A stretch of 63,977 nt of DNA, filler included, from Octopus bimaculoides (GCF_001194135.2; 7 parts of 7 records of this genome joined end to end with filler, not necessarily neighbours in it); one strand, 5' to 3'; numbered from the whole stretch's first letter, positions 48,140 to 61,964 are shown. Notes: generated by a model not told the origin, from the sequence alone. Made by a program: numbers and translations.

Positions 48140-48556
48140 AGTGCTTGAGATTCTGTGTCAAACGTATATATCCGGGTATATAAATCATTCGATTATAGTT
48201 TTTCCAATACACTGCCGACAGTCTATATAGCAGTTTAGAGCATTTTAGTATTGTGTATAATAATTTATAACTCTATTTGTGTTCGTGTTTGTGTACGTGT
48301 TAACGCAAGCTTATGTGTGGATATATGAATCTGATGTATGTGTGTGTGTGTATATATATATGTACATATAGATATAGATATTAGTATGTATGTATACATG
48401 TACATATATATGTATAATTATTGATAATAATAGGAATCTTTCTACTATAGGCATAAGGCCTGAAATTTGGGGAAAAGGGGCTAGTCGACTACACTGACCA
48501 AGGTAAAGTCGTCTCATACACCGAGAATTATGTGTGTGTGTCTGTAAAGATATATA

Positions 48557-49363
48557 CAGTAGAACCTTGCAGTACGAGTGCACCATTGTACGAGTAATTT
48601 GCTTTGCAAGCCGAGGCTCGTGCCAATTTTTGTCTTGAAGTACGAGCGGAAATCCTCAGTACAAGCGAGCTTCATACAAGCAACAACTAGTCAGCACCGA
48701 GTTCGCCCACGCTCTCCTAACAAGCACAGCTTCCGCTCACTCAGTTCACGTGTTTATCTTGTTGTGGCAGCACATCCCTATTGTGTTTTTCCCAGTGGTA
48801 TTTTTTTAGTTTTGGCGTTTATTGCTGTTATTTTATAATAATTAGTTGTGTTAACCATAGGTCCTAAGGCGGTTAGTGCAAAGGAGAGTGCTGAGAAGAA
48901 AAGGCTATTTACGATAGAATTGAAGAAGGAAATCATTGATAAACTCGAGAGAGGAGTGTCTGTAGTGGTCATAGCACGTTAATGCGACCAAAGCATGTCG
49001 ACGATCTGCACTATATTGAAGAAAAAAGACGAGATCAAGGCCGTTACAACAACAAATGCCTCCAAGCTCTCTCAGCAATGCACATCTGTTTACGAAGAGA
49101 TAGTAAAATTGCTTCTCTAGTTGATCAACGAGAAGCAACTCGTAGGGGATGCAATTACAGAGACCATCATCTGCGAGAAAGCACGAGCGCTGCATGTGGT
49201 TCTCCTGTAGCAGAAGCCTGGGACATCGACGGAAGAGTCATCAGCACGCGCATTTAAGGCCAGCCACGGCTGGTTTGATAATTTCAAGAAGACTATTAGT
49301 GTCCATAGCATCATCAGGTATGGTGAAGCAGCGAGTTCTGACACGAAGGCAGCTGAGGATTAA
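48557..49363 (+). mobile_element. Tigger/pogo transposon 5' part (left end and CENP-B-like HTH region)
   Basis: TA-CAGTAGAACC left end. 48857-49363 is one frame of 169 codons with 3 internal stops: KRLFTIELKKEIIDKLERG, STICTILKKK, IICEKARAL, FKASHGWFDNFKK, GEAASSD. Confidence 0.93.
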
Positions 49364-50404
49364 TGATATTAATACGGTAATAATAAGATGTCTAGCAAGT
49401 TCACACCTTTACAGGCAGAATATAAGCTCAATTTAATATCATTAGTAAGGTAATAATACATCTTTATTTAAATTTATTGTTATTCCCGATAGTTTTCTTT
49501 TAAATTGCTCGGGACGTTTAAAGTAAGGAACGCACACGAGCTAATGTAGTGAATATTTTAGAAATAGATGTTAAAACATTATTTTTAACTGAAGATCCCA
49601 GAGTATGTTGGTCAAACAGAGGGTGAAATCAATTGGTATTGAAATATACATTACTTACTGATGTATTCAGCGCTAAGGTAAGCCTATTTCTCATATGTTC
49701 ATTGCATTGCTCGTGTGCATCTTTATAGTGAGTTTCTGATAGTTTTGGAGCGTTGGCTCTGATTTTAGTAAGTAGTATTAAATACCCTACTGAAGCTAAC
49801 TTTAGCTTATATTATACCTGTAAATGTGTATTGTTTGCCTGTAAAAGTGTGAACTTGCTAGCTACCTTATTATTACCTTATTAATATCATAAATAACAGT
49901 AATAATACATCTTTATTTATATATGGAAAGAATTGAATATTAAGCTTTCTCTTATATATTATACTATGGAAGACTGTAGGGAATATTTTTTATATGACTT
50001 AAAAGTTTGGTCGCTCTTTAATTATATATTTAGGAGTCAGTTATAAATTTACTTATTGAATTTATTTACCGATGTTGTTGTACAAAGGGTAAATGTGTTT
50101 GAAAGCTGTGATTTCTTTGGTATGTTTGTTCCTAAACAACACTTATTTTAGCGCTGTTGACACTACCGTATTCAATGGTACTGCCCAGGTGTCGAAACTA
50201 TAATGATATCCGTGGGGCAGCTGATGATGGAGTATGTTGGATTGTGAGTGTGGCTGTTTTCGTATATGTGGAATAGTATTCTAACACATCCTTTATATAT
50301 ATATATATACACGCTAGAATGAAAATTTGGGGCGCAGAGTGCTTGAGTATTCTTAAGAAATTAAGTTAGAAAAATGGAGAGAAAAGGAGCTCAAAAATCA
50401 ACCG

Positions 50405-50612
50405 ATACTGAAAGTGCGACCAAAGAGTTTATCAGCTCCAGGACTCCAGATTTTTTATGTTACCGGAATAAACAAACTTGTAACGCGTTGGCAAAAGCGT
50501 GTTGTTGATTGTAACGATACTTATTTGTTGAATAAAATTTCAGCATTGTTGAAATATATTGTGATGAATTTCATGTTTCAAAACGTTACTTACTTTTTAC
50601 ACAGCCTGATTT
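50405..50612 (+). mobile_element. Mariner 3' fragment
   Basis: KEFISSRTPDF..TGINKLVTRWQKRV..CND, followed by a TIR-like end. Confidence 0.8.
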
Positions 50613-52401
50613 TTTTTTTATATTGTACGTTTTCTTTAAATTTAAGTTAATATATTTGATTTAATTTTTTTTTTTTGCTTTAATCTAAAACATTTCTCTC
50701 ATGTTCTTAATATTATATTTTTTTAAATTTTATTTTCTTAATAAAACTCATTATCAAAAATTTTAAATCGCAGATATTGTGTTAAAATTAAACTCATGTA
50801 GCATAATAATGCAAAAATAAAAGTAAGAAATAATAAAAAAAAATTAAGAATCAAAAGAATTAATTTCTTTAAAGTTTGCATTATCAGATTACAAAGTATT
50901 TCCTATTTACAGCGAGAAGAATATTTTTGAAAAAATGAAAGCAAATGAACAAATGAGTTCAAATGATAGTAGCTTTCTATATATATAAAAAAAAAAACGA
51001 CTTAGGGGTTATAATACCTTGTCAATTTTGCGTATTACATGATTCTTGAAATATATAAAGCACTAAATTTGTAATATTAAATTTTTAATGTGTAAACTTC
51101 CAAGTAATTAGTCTTTTCACTAAAATTGAAAATAAATAGATTCTTCGGTATTTTAATCTAAGCTTTTAAGTAAAAATAAAAGATATATAGTTTTAAATTC
51201 TAACTTCAGCAGCAATATTTTAAGTTTCATTATTCTTGTTCTGTACTTTTCCGGGCTTAGTTAATGCTTACCCTGTACTTTTTCAGGTCCAATACTTAAG
51301 AATATTCTAGAACTCTGTGCCTGCAGTATTCATTCTAGTCTCCTTTTTTTCCCAGGAAACGCTTCTTTTATTGTAATTGTTTATATTTACCTTTATCTTT
51401 TCATTCTAGTAATACTAAAAATATGACAGAAACGTTTTAACTTAATGCATAGAAAACTTTTAAAGCAAACAATATTAACTTAAGTTTTGTTTGTTTTTTA
51501 ATTTGTTATAAAAAGCAAATAAAACAAAAGGTGCACACACCATTTGATAAGCAATTTCAAAACTTTATTTTGATCCAAATTTTCCCAACCACCTTCAGCT
51601 TCATTTTTTTTTTCAGCTTTTGTTTGGTAGTTAGTTACATATCTGGTCAATATCATATTGTTTTCTCCTGCATACTGACTGCCAACGTTTGTCTGCCATA
51701 TTAAAAGCGGAAAGGGATTGTAATCATTGAAAAATTTTTCAGATGATTTACTTAAAGCATTTTAACAACTTTTCCATGTCTTCTTAATTTTACACTTTCA
51801 GTAACAGTAAAGAAACAGCATCTTCCTTCAGCCTTAGGAAAGCCAAATTGACGTTCTTTTACATTTTTTTTTCCTTTTCCACAAGTTATCCAGAAGGCTA
51901 TACCGTATGTATGCATTTGAAAACTACTGACCAAACTGTGAAGATTGCCATGTTCAGTATTTAGACTTAATCTGGTAGTAATATATTCTATGAATTTAAT
52001 TTTGGAAAGCCTTTTACATAAATAGGTGCTTGATCCACCCTAAGTTTCATATGAACATGAGAAGTCTACTGTATTCTCCAAAAATAATGTATAATGTTGC
52101 AACAAATAGTTTTTTTTTTTTTGCCAAAACACTTCATTCAATATAGCTTGTAATCGGTGATAAAAAATATTCACTAGTAGCAACACCATTTACACACAAA
52201 GGGCTAGTTTTGGCAGTTTGAATATGTATATTCTTAATAACAAACTTTGAAACGCCGACTGAGTTAGTATTTTACAGAAAATAAAGGGATCCCGAACGCA
52301 GAATAGTCGTCAAAACAGATTAAAAGATCGGACAAATACTCTTACAAAACGAAAAAATCGTGACCAGGAAGAGAATCGAACTGTGTACCTCTAAATTCCC
52401 G

Positions 52402-52447
<46 letters not shown>

Positions 52448-54619
52448 NNNNNNNNNNNNNNNNNNNNNNNNNNNNNNNNNNNNNNNNNNNNNNNNNNNNN
52501 NNNNNNNNNNNNNNNNNNNNNNNNNNNNNNNNNNNNNNNNNNNNNNNNNNNNNNNNNNNNNNNNNNNNNNNNNNNNNNNNNNNNNNNNNNNNNNNNNNNN
52601 NNNATATGTGTGTGTGTGTGTGTATGTGTGTGTGTGTGTGTGTATAGTCGTAATTCTGTTGAAGAGATGAAGGGCTGAAAGAAAATGGATGACAAAAACG
52701 AGGTAATTGATTGCACCACCTCCCAACTACACTCTCAATCAATTTTCTTGTTTTTACCATCCACTATTTTCTTTCAGCTCTTGCTCAGCAACATTCCTTC
52801 ACTCCCATCCTTATCAACAAACCCCAGACTCACCCAAATCTCTTATATATAGAATCATACACCACAACACAAACTGAGATCAGTTTGACAATAGCCACCG
52901 ACGAATTCAAGAGAGTTCTCCAGAAAAGTTAACAATGAATCTTTAAAAAAAATCTCCTCACCAAAGTTAACAAAGAACATACAAAATCAACAAACCAAAC
53001 TGTAAAATTATATTATTAAAAAATTAAATTGATTAGAACAAACAGTAAAGTCATTCATTTCCTTTTTCAATGTGTGTGTGTGTGTGTGCGTGCGTGTGTA
53101 TGTATGTATACCTATATATATGTATATGTGTGTCCGTATGTGTATGTTTGTGAGACAGTGTGTGTGTGTGTTATATTATTTAAACAGTGATTCGTTCCAT
53201 GGTTTCGCAGGCTTCTAACAGAAACCTAGCTAGGCTCAGATTACCGAAAGGAGAAGTACTGGAAGTCCTAGGTGGCTACTGGTAAATGGCAGTGTTGAGT
53301 GTTGAGTACCTCTTGCTTTCGTTTGTCCAGCCACTCGTATCTATATATTTATCTATTTAGCATTCTCTCTGTATCTCCCTCTCTCTCTGTGTCCCCCCTC
53401 TCTCTCTCTCCATATATATNNNNNNNNNNNNNNNNNNNNNNNNNNNNNNNNNNNNNNNNNNNNNNNNNNNNNNNNNNNNNNNNNNNNNNNNNNNNNNNNN
53501 NNNNNNNNNNNNNNNNNNNNNNNNNNNNNNNNNNNNNNNNNNNNNNNNNNNNNNNNNNNNNNNNNNNNNNNNNNNNNNNNNNNNNNNNNNNNNNNNNNNN
53601 NNNNNNNNNNNNNNNNNNNNNNNNNNNNNNNNNNNNNNNNNNNNNNNNNNNNNNNNNNNTATATATATATATATATATGCATACATACGTACATATATGT
53701 GCGTTTGTGTCTGTATGTATGCCTGTGTGTATGTATATAATGTATCTATGAATGTATGTGTGTACTCATACATATATCCAGACATATACATGCGTGTGTG
53801 CGTGTGTACGTGTGTGTGTCGAAGAGTTTAGTAAAAATAACAGATTTATATTTAACACGAATAGCCAAAACTGAAATATATCCCAAGTGTACACTGTTAA
53901 GTTAATTTGTCCGCCATGAAAAACGGGCAGTAGCGAAGCAAATAAACTGGAAAGCAACGTGTTCTGATTTCCAATATCGCTTTGTTTATTAGATGGACTT
54001 TTGACAGGCGAGTCGAAGAAGAGAAGTTGAGATCGACTTGATTCAAGTAAGATAGCATGATAAATGAAAGATAAAAATCAAAAGAGATTTTCACAGATTT
54101 CGACAAACCAATAAAACAATAGTTTTTACCCCCTTTTCTACTTCTATCGAACTAATTTCGAGGAGGTGTCACACACGTATTCTTATAATTGTAATGTCTG
54201 AAGTAGTCTGAAATTGTCTAAAGAACATAAGATCGAAGTCCATTTTACACCTAGATAATTCCATTTGAAGCAGACATAGGTAAAGTTGTAGTTCATAAAT
54301 GAAGAAATAAAAACCAAACAAATTGTATATTAGCTAAGAATCACGAAACCAAAACAGAAGACGAAAATTGTGTTTAGGGAGATTTTTATAATTGGCTAAA
54401 TTGGTTTTCGAGAAAGCGTACAATTGTTCTTTTAGTTTTGTTTCAGAATGTAGTGTGAAAGAATTATTGGATTCTTTGAAATACGTACAAAGACCCCAGT
54501 GTTATAAGGAAAGGGAGAATGAGTGTACTGAGGCATTTCTGATTTCCAAAATATATTGGCAACAGAACGAAATCAAGTTGCGTTTATGAATCATGAGCAG
54601 CTTACCACGTACTGTAGAC

Positions 54620-55130
54620 CAGCGGTCCCCAAACTTTTTCGTAACACAGACCAGTTTCATGGAAGACAATTTCTCCACGAGCCGGGGGACCACGTCCATA
54701 ACTTAACACAAAAACGTGCGCAATATATAATTTAATTAGTATATATATATATATACACACACATATATNNNNNNNNNNNNNNNNNNNNNNNNNNNNNNNN
54801 NNNNNNNNNNNNNNNNNNNNNNNNNNNNNNNNNNNNNNNNNNNNNNNNNNNNNNNNNNNNNNNNNNNNNNNNNNNNNNNNNNNNNNNNNNNNNNNNNNNN
54901 NNNNNNNNNNNNNNNNNNNNNNNNNNNNNNNNNNNNNNNNNNNNNNNNNNNATATATATATATATATATATATATAATACATATATAATACATATATAAT
55001 ACATATACATTACATATATAATGCAAACCCCTGCAGGCTGCAACAGTCAGTAAAATAAAAATAAAATAAAATTATTTTCTGTGCGCTCCAGTACTAAATG
55101 ATTTACGGTCCGGTGATTGGAGACCCCTTA
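54620..55130. mobile_element. hAT-Charlie-type MITE containing a microsatellite and gap
   Basis: cagcggtccccaaacttttt...catggaagacaatttctccacg left end; ggtccggtgattggagacccct right end; degenerate 8-bp TSD ctgtagac/ctgcagat. Confidence 0.75.
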
Positions 55131-55354
55131 CTGCAGATCATTTAACTTGGTGTCAAAAACCAAATAGATAATTTCTACGAATGGAACAAGACACAAGCAA
55201 AAGTTTGTGCGAGTTAAACAGTTAATGAAAGCGAATCCATTCCCGGTGTTATTTATATTATTGACACTGAATGTATAAAAACCTATAAAATCAACAGCAA
55301 CGCGATTCGAAGCCAGAAAACAAAAGAATGTTATGAAATAAATAGAGAGGTGGA

Positions 55355-55440
55355 GGCATGGCTGTGCAAGTATGGGTTGCAACCAGGTGGCTTAGTGTTC
55401 AATCCCATTGCACGACACCTTGAGAGAGGATTTTCGAACA
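55355..55440 (+). mobile_element. SINE family B head fragment
   Basis: ggcatggctgtg...gtgttcaatcccattgcacgacaccttgag. Confidence 0.6.
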
Positions 55441-56080
55441 GATGAGATCCAGAGATTCTGAATATAGAAAACACTTAGTAGTGCTCAAATGATTTGAACT
55501 TACGCTCCGAAACCTTTACCGAGACCCACGCCCGTGGGGTAAGGAGTGGCCATAAGAGGAATCCAGGTAAACAAACATGGTGACAATGATGCAAATGAGC
55601 AAATAAAATTGCTTGAGTTTGATATACAAAATACATTACTGGTTGCATAGTCTGGTGACATATATCTGCCAACATCATGAAGGAACTCCGAGCCCCCAGA
55701 AACAGTTGTTGTATTTGTAACACCATACCTTCAACCCTTTAATTTTCTGTATCTTTGCAGTTAGTAAGTTTGCTCTGTTAATAAATATCTATATATTAGC
55801 ACTTGAATTATTTTGTTAAGGTTATTTCTACAGATATTCGATAGAAAACATAGCCAGCACTGAAATACCACGTACCTACAAATCATTAATAGTTATCCTT
55901 GAATATTCATCATCTGAAAATTTTCAAACTTTGCTTTCTCTCTATTTACATGTATACATGCATATCAAAACCAGGTAGTTTTATTTGTTTATTTGCATCA
56001 TTCTCTCTGTCTCTCTGTCTCTCGCTCTCTCTCCCTCTCTCTCCCTCTCTCTCTCTCTCTCTCACTTACTCTTTCCCTCG

Positions 56081-56161
<81 letters not shown>

Positions 56162-56769
56162 GCACACACGTGTGCGCGTGTGTGTGTGTGTGTTTGTGTC
56201 TGTGTGTTTAAAGTGAATCCTTCACTTCATATGCATATATGAACTGGAGGATTCCTCAATACATTTGCAGAGGACAAATTTAACAAGAACAGCATAGATA
56301 GTGGCTTCGAAGTTTCGGCCAGCTGAGGCATTATCATCCTGAAAAGGACACTTCAACAATTTGTTCTGCATTGTCACTAGTTGTACACCTATAACATCAT
56401 GCAAATCATCATAGTAACCGACGGAGTGCCAGAACATGCATCCATGCATACATACATACATACATACGTACGTACGTACGTACGCATGTACGTAAATACA
56501 ATATGATTATAAAGCCTTTTGACAGTGTACATGTGATTGAGCGTCACTGATGGATATGTATGTATGCAAGTTGAAGAGTGAGAGTATGTCATTGAAAAAG
56601 TCATGTATAGCGACGAAAGGGCTTTGACAAACAACTGATTGATTTTTAAATCATCACGTTAAACGATCAAAAAAAAAAAGCAATCGATTAGTTAGTTGGT
56701 TAAATATTTAACCGATTGATGAAAAATAAAAAGCGGTATCGAACCATTGCGTGCCGTTATTTGTATTGT

Positions 56770-56940
56770 TGTTAACAGAAGGATATATCTATTTTCCCTC
56801 TCTCTATCTCTCTCTGAATTTTTTTTTCCCTCTCATCCCTTTCTATCGGAAAGCCTAGGCTCGAAACGTCAAAAACTTCATTTATCCCGAGAGTCAAATT
56901 AATACCAGTCTTTGTCTTTTGTTTTCTGAACATTTGAACC
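56770..56940 (+). mobile_element. Diverged copy of the Penelope-type terminal unit
   Basis: ctttctatcggaaagcctaggctcgaaacgtcaaaaac...cccgagagtc aligns with 32230-32290. Confidence 0.6.
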
Positions 56941-57139
56941 GTATATGCGCGCACGCTTGTGTGTGTACATGTAGGCACGCATACACATCTCTATATAGTT
57001 TATAACATGAATAATGTTAGTGATATAGTGGTCAAACGCAGAGGTGCGGAGATTTTAGTTGTTTCAATAGAGACCGTGGCAAGTGTTTTCGTCGTTGATA
57101 AACATATTAATTCCTAACAGTGATAATTGTTACTAGGGT

Positions 57140-57295
57140 AGATACGAAGCGGTAAATTTAAGAGAATAGGTTTAGTCGATCATATCGGTCTAAGCAACTT
57201 ATTTTATTGACACCAGATGTATAAGAGGTAAAGCTAACTTCGACAGAAGTCGAACTCAGAACATTAAAGAACCGGAACAAATGTAGCATAGCATA
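57140..57295 (-). mobile_element. Degenerate SINE family A copy
   Basis: tagtcgatcatatcgg...acttattttattgac...gaactcagaac. Confidence 0.6.
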
Positions 57296-57404
57296 TTTTT
57301 TTTTATCTAAGGTTGTGGCCTTATCATTGAAAATAATTCAAAATAGTATTATTTAAAGAAGGAGGAGGAGGAGAAAAAGAAGAAGGAGGAGGAGGAGGAG
57401 GAGG

Positions 57405-57504
57405 NNNNNNNNNNNNNNNNNNNNNNNNNNNNNNNNNNNNNNNNNNNNTTAATTAATTAANNNNNNNNNNNNNNNNNNNNNNNNNNNNNNNNNNNNNNNN
57501 NNNN
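57405..57504. other. Synthetic contig linker
   Basis: 44N-TTAATTAATTAA-44N. Confidence 0.97.
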
Positions 57505-57555
<51 letters not shown>

Positions 57556-57862
57556 AAATAGGTGAGTTATTATGTATACAACGCAAGTAACAGCATTTTC
57601 TGAAACATTAACTCATAAGGCATCCAACAGCATACTTCAAGATAGCGTTGTGTTGTGTGGTGTGGCACGGCGCGGTGTGTTGTGTGCTGTGTGCTGTGTT
57701 GTGCTGTCATGTGGTGAGACGTATATCGGTCGGTTCCTGGATGACATTTATGGTGACAGACACTCGAAGATGTGGAGATATTAAAAGAATACTCAAATAT
57801 ATAAATACACAATAAATATGTTCATTTCTATACCCAAAATAGATTTTGTGAAAATTCAGAAA

Positions 57863-58019
57863 CAGGCGTGGTTGTTTAGTAACAAGTTTGCTTCCCAACC
57901 ACGTGATTTCTGGTTCAGTTCTTCTGCGTAGCACCTTGAACAACTGTCTTCTACTATAGCACCCAGTCCGACCAAAGCCTTGATAGTGGATTTGGTAAAC
58001 GGAAACTGAAAAGTCCGTC

Positions 58020-58062
<43 letters not shown>

Positions 58063-58440
58063 AGATCGCTGACTACTACACACATTTTTTTTCTTTCCTT
58101 GTTTCTCTCCTTGTTTCTTTTTGTGTTCCTTTCTGTGGAAGAGCGTAGGCTCGAAATGTTAAAGACTTTTTCAATTCCCGAGCGTTATACTAACACATCT
58201 ATTTGTTTTCTACAGTAGCTGTCTTCGTCTGCTGTTTTTTTTTATTTTTGTGAATTCTCCCTATATATATATATACGTGTGTGTGTGTGTATTTTTGTCT
58301 GTGTTTGTCCCATACCACTGCTTGACAACCGGTGCTGGTATGTCTACGTCGCCGTAACATAGCGGTTCGGTGAAAAGAGACCGACAGAATATATACCAGT
58401 CTTTTAAAAAATATAAGTAGTTGGGTCGATTCATTGAACA
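57863..58440 (+). mobile_element. SINE family B, full copy with a Penelope-type unit nested in its internal (TA)n
   Basis: Head and core at 57863-58022, insert at 58058-58262, 3' half at 58275-58440. Confidence 0.87.
58058..58262 (+). mobile_element. Penelope-type terminal unit with hammerhead-like motif (58129-58164)
   Basis: CUUU-CUGUGGA-A-GAGC(GUAG)GCUC-GAAAU-GUU-AAAG; homologous to 32166-32360. Confidence 0.7.
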
Positions 58441-59124
58441 TATAATGTATATGTATGCAGCATGTGTATTTTCCGTACGTATTTTGCTACATAAATATGC
58501 ATTAATTTTAGCGATCTCACTGATGAAGTACAGATGACAAATTAATCTATTTGCTCATTAATACAGACTCGAATCTGAGGGTAACAAGAAAAATATTTTT
58601 AAGTTTCATGCCATTTGTCCTTTCTAGCATGTAAGATGTCCTGTCAAAGGTCACCTCTTTCGTTATGCGCTTCCGTACATGATGTCAAAGTGAACACATT
58701 AACTAAAAGACAATTGTCTGCGTCTAATTGTTCCATATTAGTTATAAAACACATGTTATAAAATCCTCACGCAGAACTGACGCAGCATTCTCAGCAACAC
58801 AAGCAGTGTTTCAATAAGAAAGTAATAGAAGTAAAACAAGTCATTAATCCAATACGGATATACGAATAATGTGTGCTGTAAAACAATGGAGAAACAACAT
58901 CACTGATGGAATAAAGTACAAAAGCACAAAACGATATAACAGAAACAATACGTAGTAAATGATAAACTATATATATAGTGTTTATTGTTTTGGAAACAAA
59001 CGAATCCTATCTTGTATAAAATCCTGTTATACGGCCAATCATAGGCTAATGTAAATCACAAAATTTCCCAAAATTATATTTAATTTCCACATCAACAATA
59101 AGCTTTTAAACTTGCAAACGAATA

Positions 59125-59290
59125 CGTAAACTTCTGGCGACCAGCAATAGTAGCCAAATCACCCTCAAATTATACTCTACAGTCTTGAACAATAGAAAAC
59201 ATTAGAAAATGTCCTACTGACTTCGGTCGACAACAGTAAATTCATGACTAGCTCTAGCATATAGACAGTGTCATATTAAGTCCCTAATGT
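59125..59290 (+). mobile_element. Retroposon family G, degenerate copy
   Basis: gaccagcaatagtagccaaatcaccctcaaattatactctacagtcttg. Confidence 0.55.
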
Positions 59291-59364
59291 ATTTAGTTTC
59301 ACTCTAAGATGGGCCCCATGATAGAATCTTTTTGGCGGCTTGCGATCATGAGGATTGAATATTT

Positions 59365-59401
<37 letters not shown>

Positions 59402-59774
59402 TCCTTACTTCTCTCCATCTTCGCTCTCACCCTCCCATCACCACCAAAAACCACCACCACCACCATCACTTCCCTTATTAACTCACTTCATATTTTGTAT
59501 CCTTTCATTTTAGTATCTTCATTTTTCATACACAAGAAAATATTTTCTGGGTGTTCTCCCTGTCTCTCTCCCTACCCCCACCCCTTTTCTCTCTCTTTCT
59601 CTCTCTCTCTCTTACATTTAACCCATCTTCATATAATAATATAATATATACCCTTCTTAAAGATAATATCCCTTATTTCAACACACACCATCAGCATTAC
59701 TGCAGCCACTCACCACCGCCTCTCAGTCCCTGAAGCAACTGCCAACTTTTAAACTGGAGTTAGAGATACGTCTT

Positions 59775-59874
59775 NNNNNNNNNNNNNNNNNNNNNNNNNN
59801 NNNNNNNNNNNNNNNNNNTTAATTAATTAANNNNNNNNNNNNNNNNNNNNNNNNNNNNNNNNNNNNNNNNNNNN
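59775..59874. other. Synthetic contig linker
   Basis: 44N-TTAATTAATTAA-44N. Confidence 0.97.
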
Positions 59875-59917
<43 letters not shown>

Positions 59918-60597
59918 TTATACATATACAGTCATACCTATATATATCTACGAATATATACCTCTTATCTAGTCGTTTGTCTCTGTTCCTCTGTATATAT
60001 ATATTTTATTATATTTGCGATATCTTAATTTTCTGCAATGTTTATTCAGCTGTACCTACCCGCACAGGGAAAAGTTTTATCGCTCCAATTACTACTTATA
60101 TTTTTCTATCGTTCTACTTTTTTTCATTTATTGCTTTCGAAATTTTCCGCTTACATGTTTGTATATTTAAATATATGTTCACATGAGAATAGCGTCATAA
60201 CCTATGTACATATTTTCTTTAGATTCCTACATATTTATCTGTTCTTCTTTTTTAGCTGAATTTTTTTTATATTCGCTTATTCCTCTATCTACATATTTCC
60301 TGCGTTAATATACGTTTTTCTACTTTTTCTATTTCTACCAATTTGGTCTTTTTTTTTTCCTCATATCTAAATTTACAGTTTAACGCTAGTTCTAAATTCC
60401 ATACGCCCATATCTCTGAAGAATATCTAATTTTCTCGGTCTAGTCGACTGCTATTAATGTCATATGGTACAAAATCTCTTCTGACTTGTTACAATAATCA
60501 CGAAAAACATGTGTCGAACACCATTAACTCAACTCACAGTAAATAAAAAGACCTCTTGTTTGTGACTAATTTGTTTCCTCATAATAAATAATCTGAC

Positions 60598-60870
60598 GTT
60601 GGCGAGTTGATAGAACTTTTAGATCACCGGACAAAATAGTTACTGGCATATCTTCCGAATCTTTACGTTCTGAGATCGACTTTGCCTTTTATATCTCCCA
60701 CGATTGATGACAGAAGCTACTGCAGATGTAATTATCTTATTCCTTACCTTCAAAATTGCTAGTCTTGATTTCCGTTGTGGTCCTGTCTCCCATGGAGAGG
60801 GAACGCTGCAATCTCAGTCGTTTGCACGCCTTGGAAACTGGGCAACCGGCCTTATGAATCCTAGGTCCAG
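60598..60870 (+). mobile_element. Degenerate family A head (60598-60710) and family H-like tail (60765-60870)
   Basis: ggcgagttgatagaac...tacgttctgagatcgactttgcc; ggaaactgggcaaccggccttatgaatcctagg. Confidence 0.6.
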
Positions 60871-61487
60871 AGCTATATATATTTATAAACACACGCACAC
60901 CCATACCCGTAGAAACACATTCACAAATATAATGTAGAATTCAATTTGAAAGATTTGATTTTTAAATTGTTTCTTAGTTGAAAAATAAATAGTTTGCTTA
61001 AACGCAGGTTTAAATATTGAAACTTAATCAATCCCAGCGCATTTTGGTTTCAAGGCATGTCACAATCAAGACAAATCAATGGCTGAGCAATGTATTAAAG
61101 TTATATCAACAAAAACTCTGCACAAGCCAGCGACAAAGTGTGTATATGGTCGCATGGATACTAGAAGTAGCAGTCATATATTTGTTGTACAGCACATCCC
61201 AGTTGTACAGCACATCCCAGAAAATTGTAATTGCGGTTTTATTAATGCATATTTCTAGGGTACTCCATTATATGAGCTTTTATCAGTCAGAATTCATCTG
61301 ACGTTAATCAACATCAGCACGGACTCTGTACAGGCCCGGTGTTTTTAACTACAGCGATTCTGTCCGTCGACGCACTCAATACAGATACTTGAGAGGAGAT
61401 TGTGAGAGTAAGAGAGACAGTAGTTGCCATCAATCGTGTTTCACCCAACAAAAATTAATCAATGAAAACGAAATCGAAAATAAAATC

Positions 61488-61682
61488 AAGGAGGCGAGAT
61501 GGCAGAATAGTTAACATGACGGACAAAATGCTTAGGGACATTTTGTCCGTGTTTACGTTTTGTGATCAGATTCCACCGAGGTCGAATTTGCTTTTCATCC
61601 TTTCGGGATCGATAAAATAAGTACATGGGGGTAGGAACGATGCAAACTACTTCCCCTTCCTCGATATTCTTGGCCTTGTGTT
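61488..61682 (+). mobile_element. SINE family A copy
   Basis: aaggaggcgagatggcagaatagtta...ccgaggtcgaatttgcttttcatcctttcggg...ggccttgtg. Confidence 0.87.
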
Positions 61683-61964
61683 GCTCCAGCATTCACTTCG
61701 CATTCTTGTAGCGTTACGCACGATCCTTTATACAATATATNNNNNNNNNNNNNNNNNNNNNNNNNNNNNNNNNNNNNNNNNNNNNNNNNNNNNNNNNNNN
61801 NNNNNNNNNNNNNNNNNNNNNNNNNNNNNNNNNNNNNNNNNNNNNNNNNNNNNNNNNNNNNNNNNNNNNNNNNNNNNNNNNNNNNNNNNNNNNNNNNNNN
61901 NNNNNNNNNNNNNNNNNNNNNNNNNNNNNNNNNNNNNNNNNNNNNNNTGAATGAAAAAAAAAAC

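Noticed and set aside
55555-55660. RTE endonuclease-like peptide KHGDNDANEQIKLLEFDIQNTLLVA
   Set aside because: Loose pattern match only; no flanking APE motifs.
56280-56400. FQDDNA Tc1-like word on the minus strand
   Set aside because: Single motif with no supporting downstream WPxxSPDL similarity.
58515-58550. CTGATGA word with a small hairpin
   Set aside because: GAAA and stem I are missing; CTGATGA alone is expected by chance.
61193-61230. 18-bp direct duplication gttgtacagcacatccca
   Set aside because: Ordinary slippage duplication.
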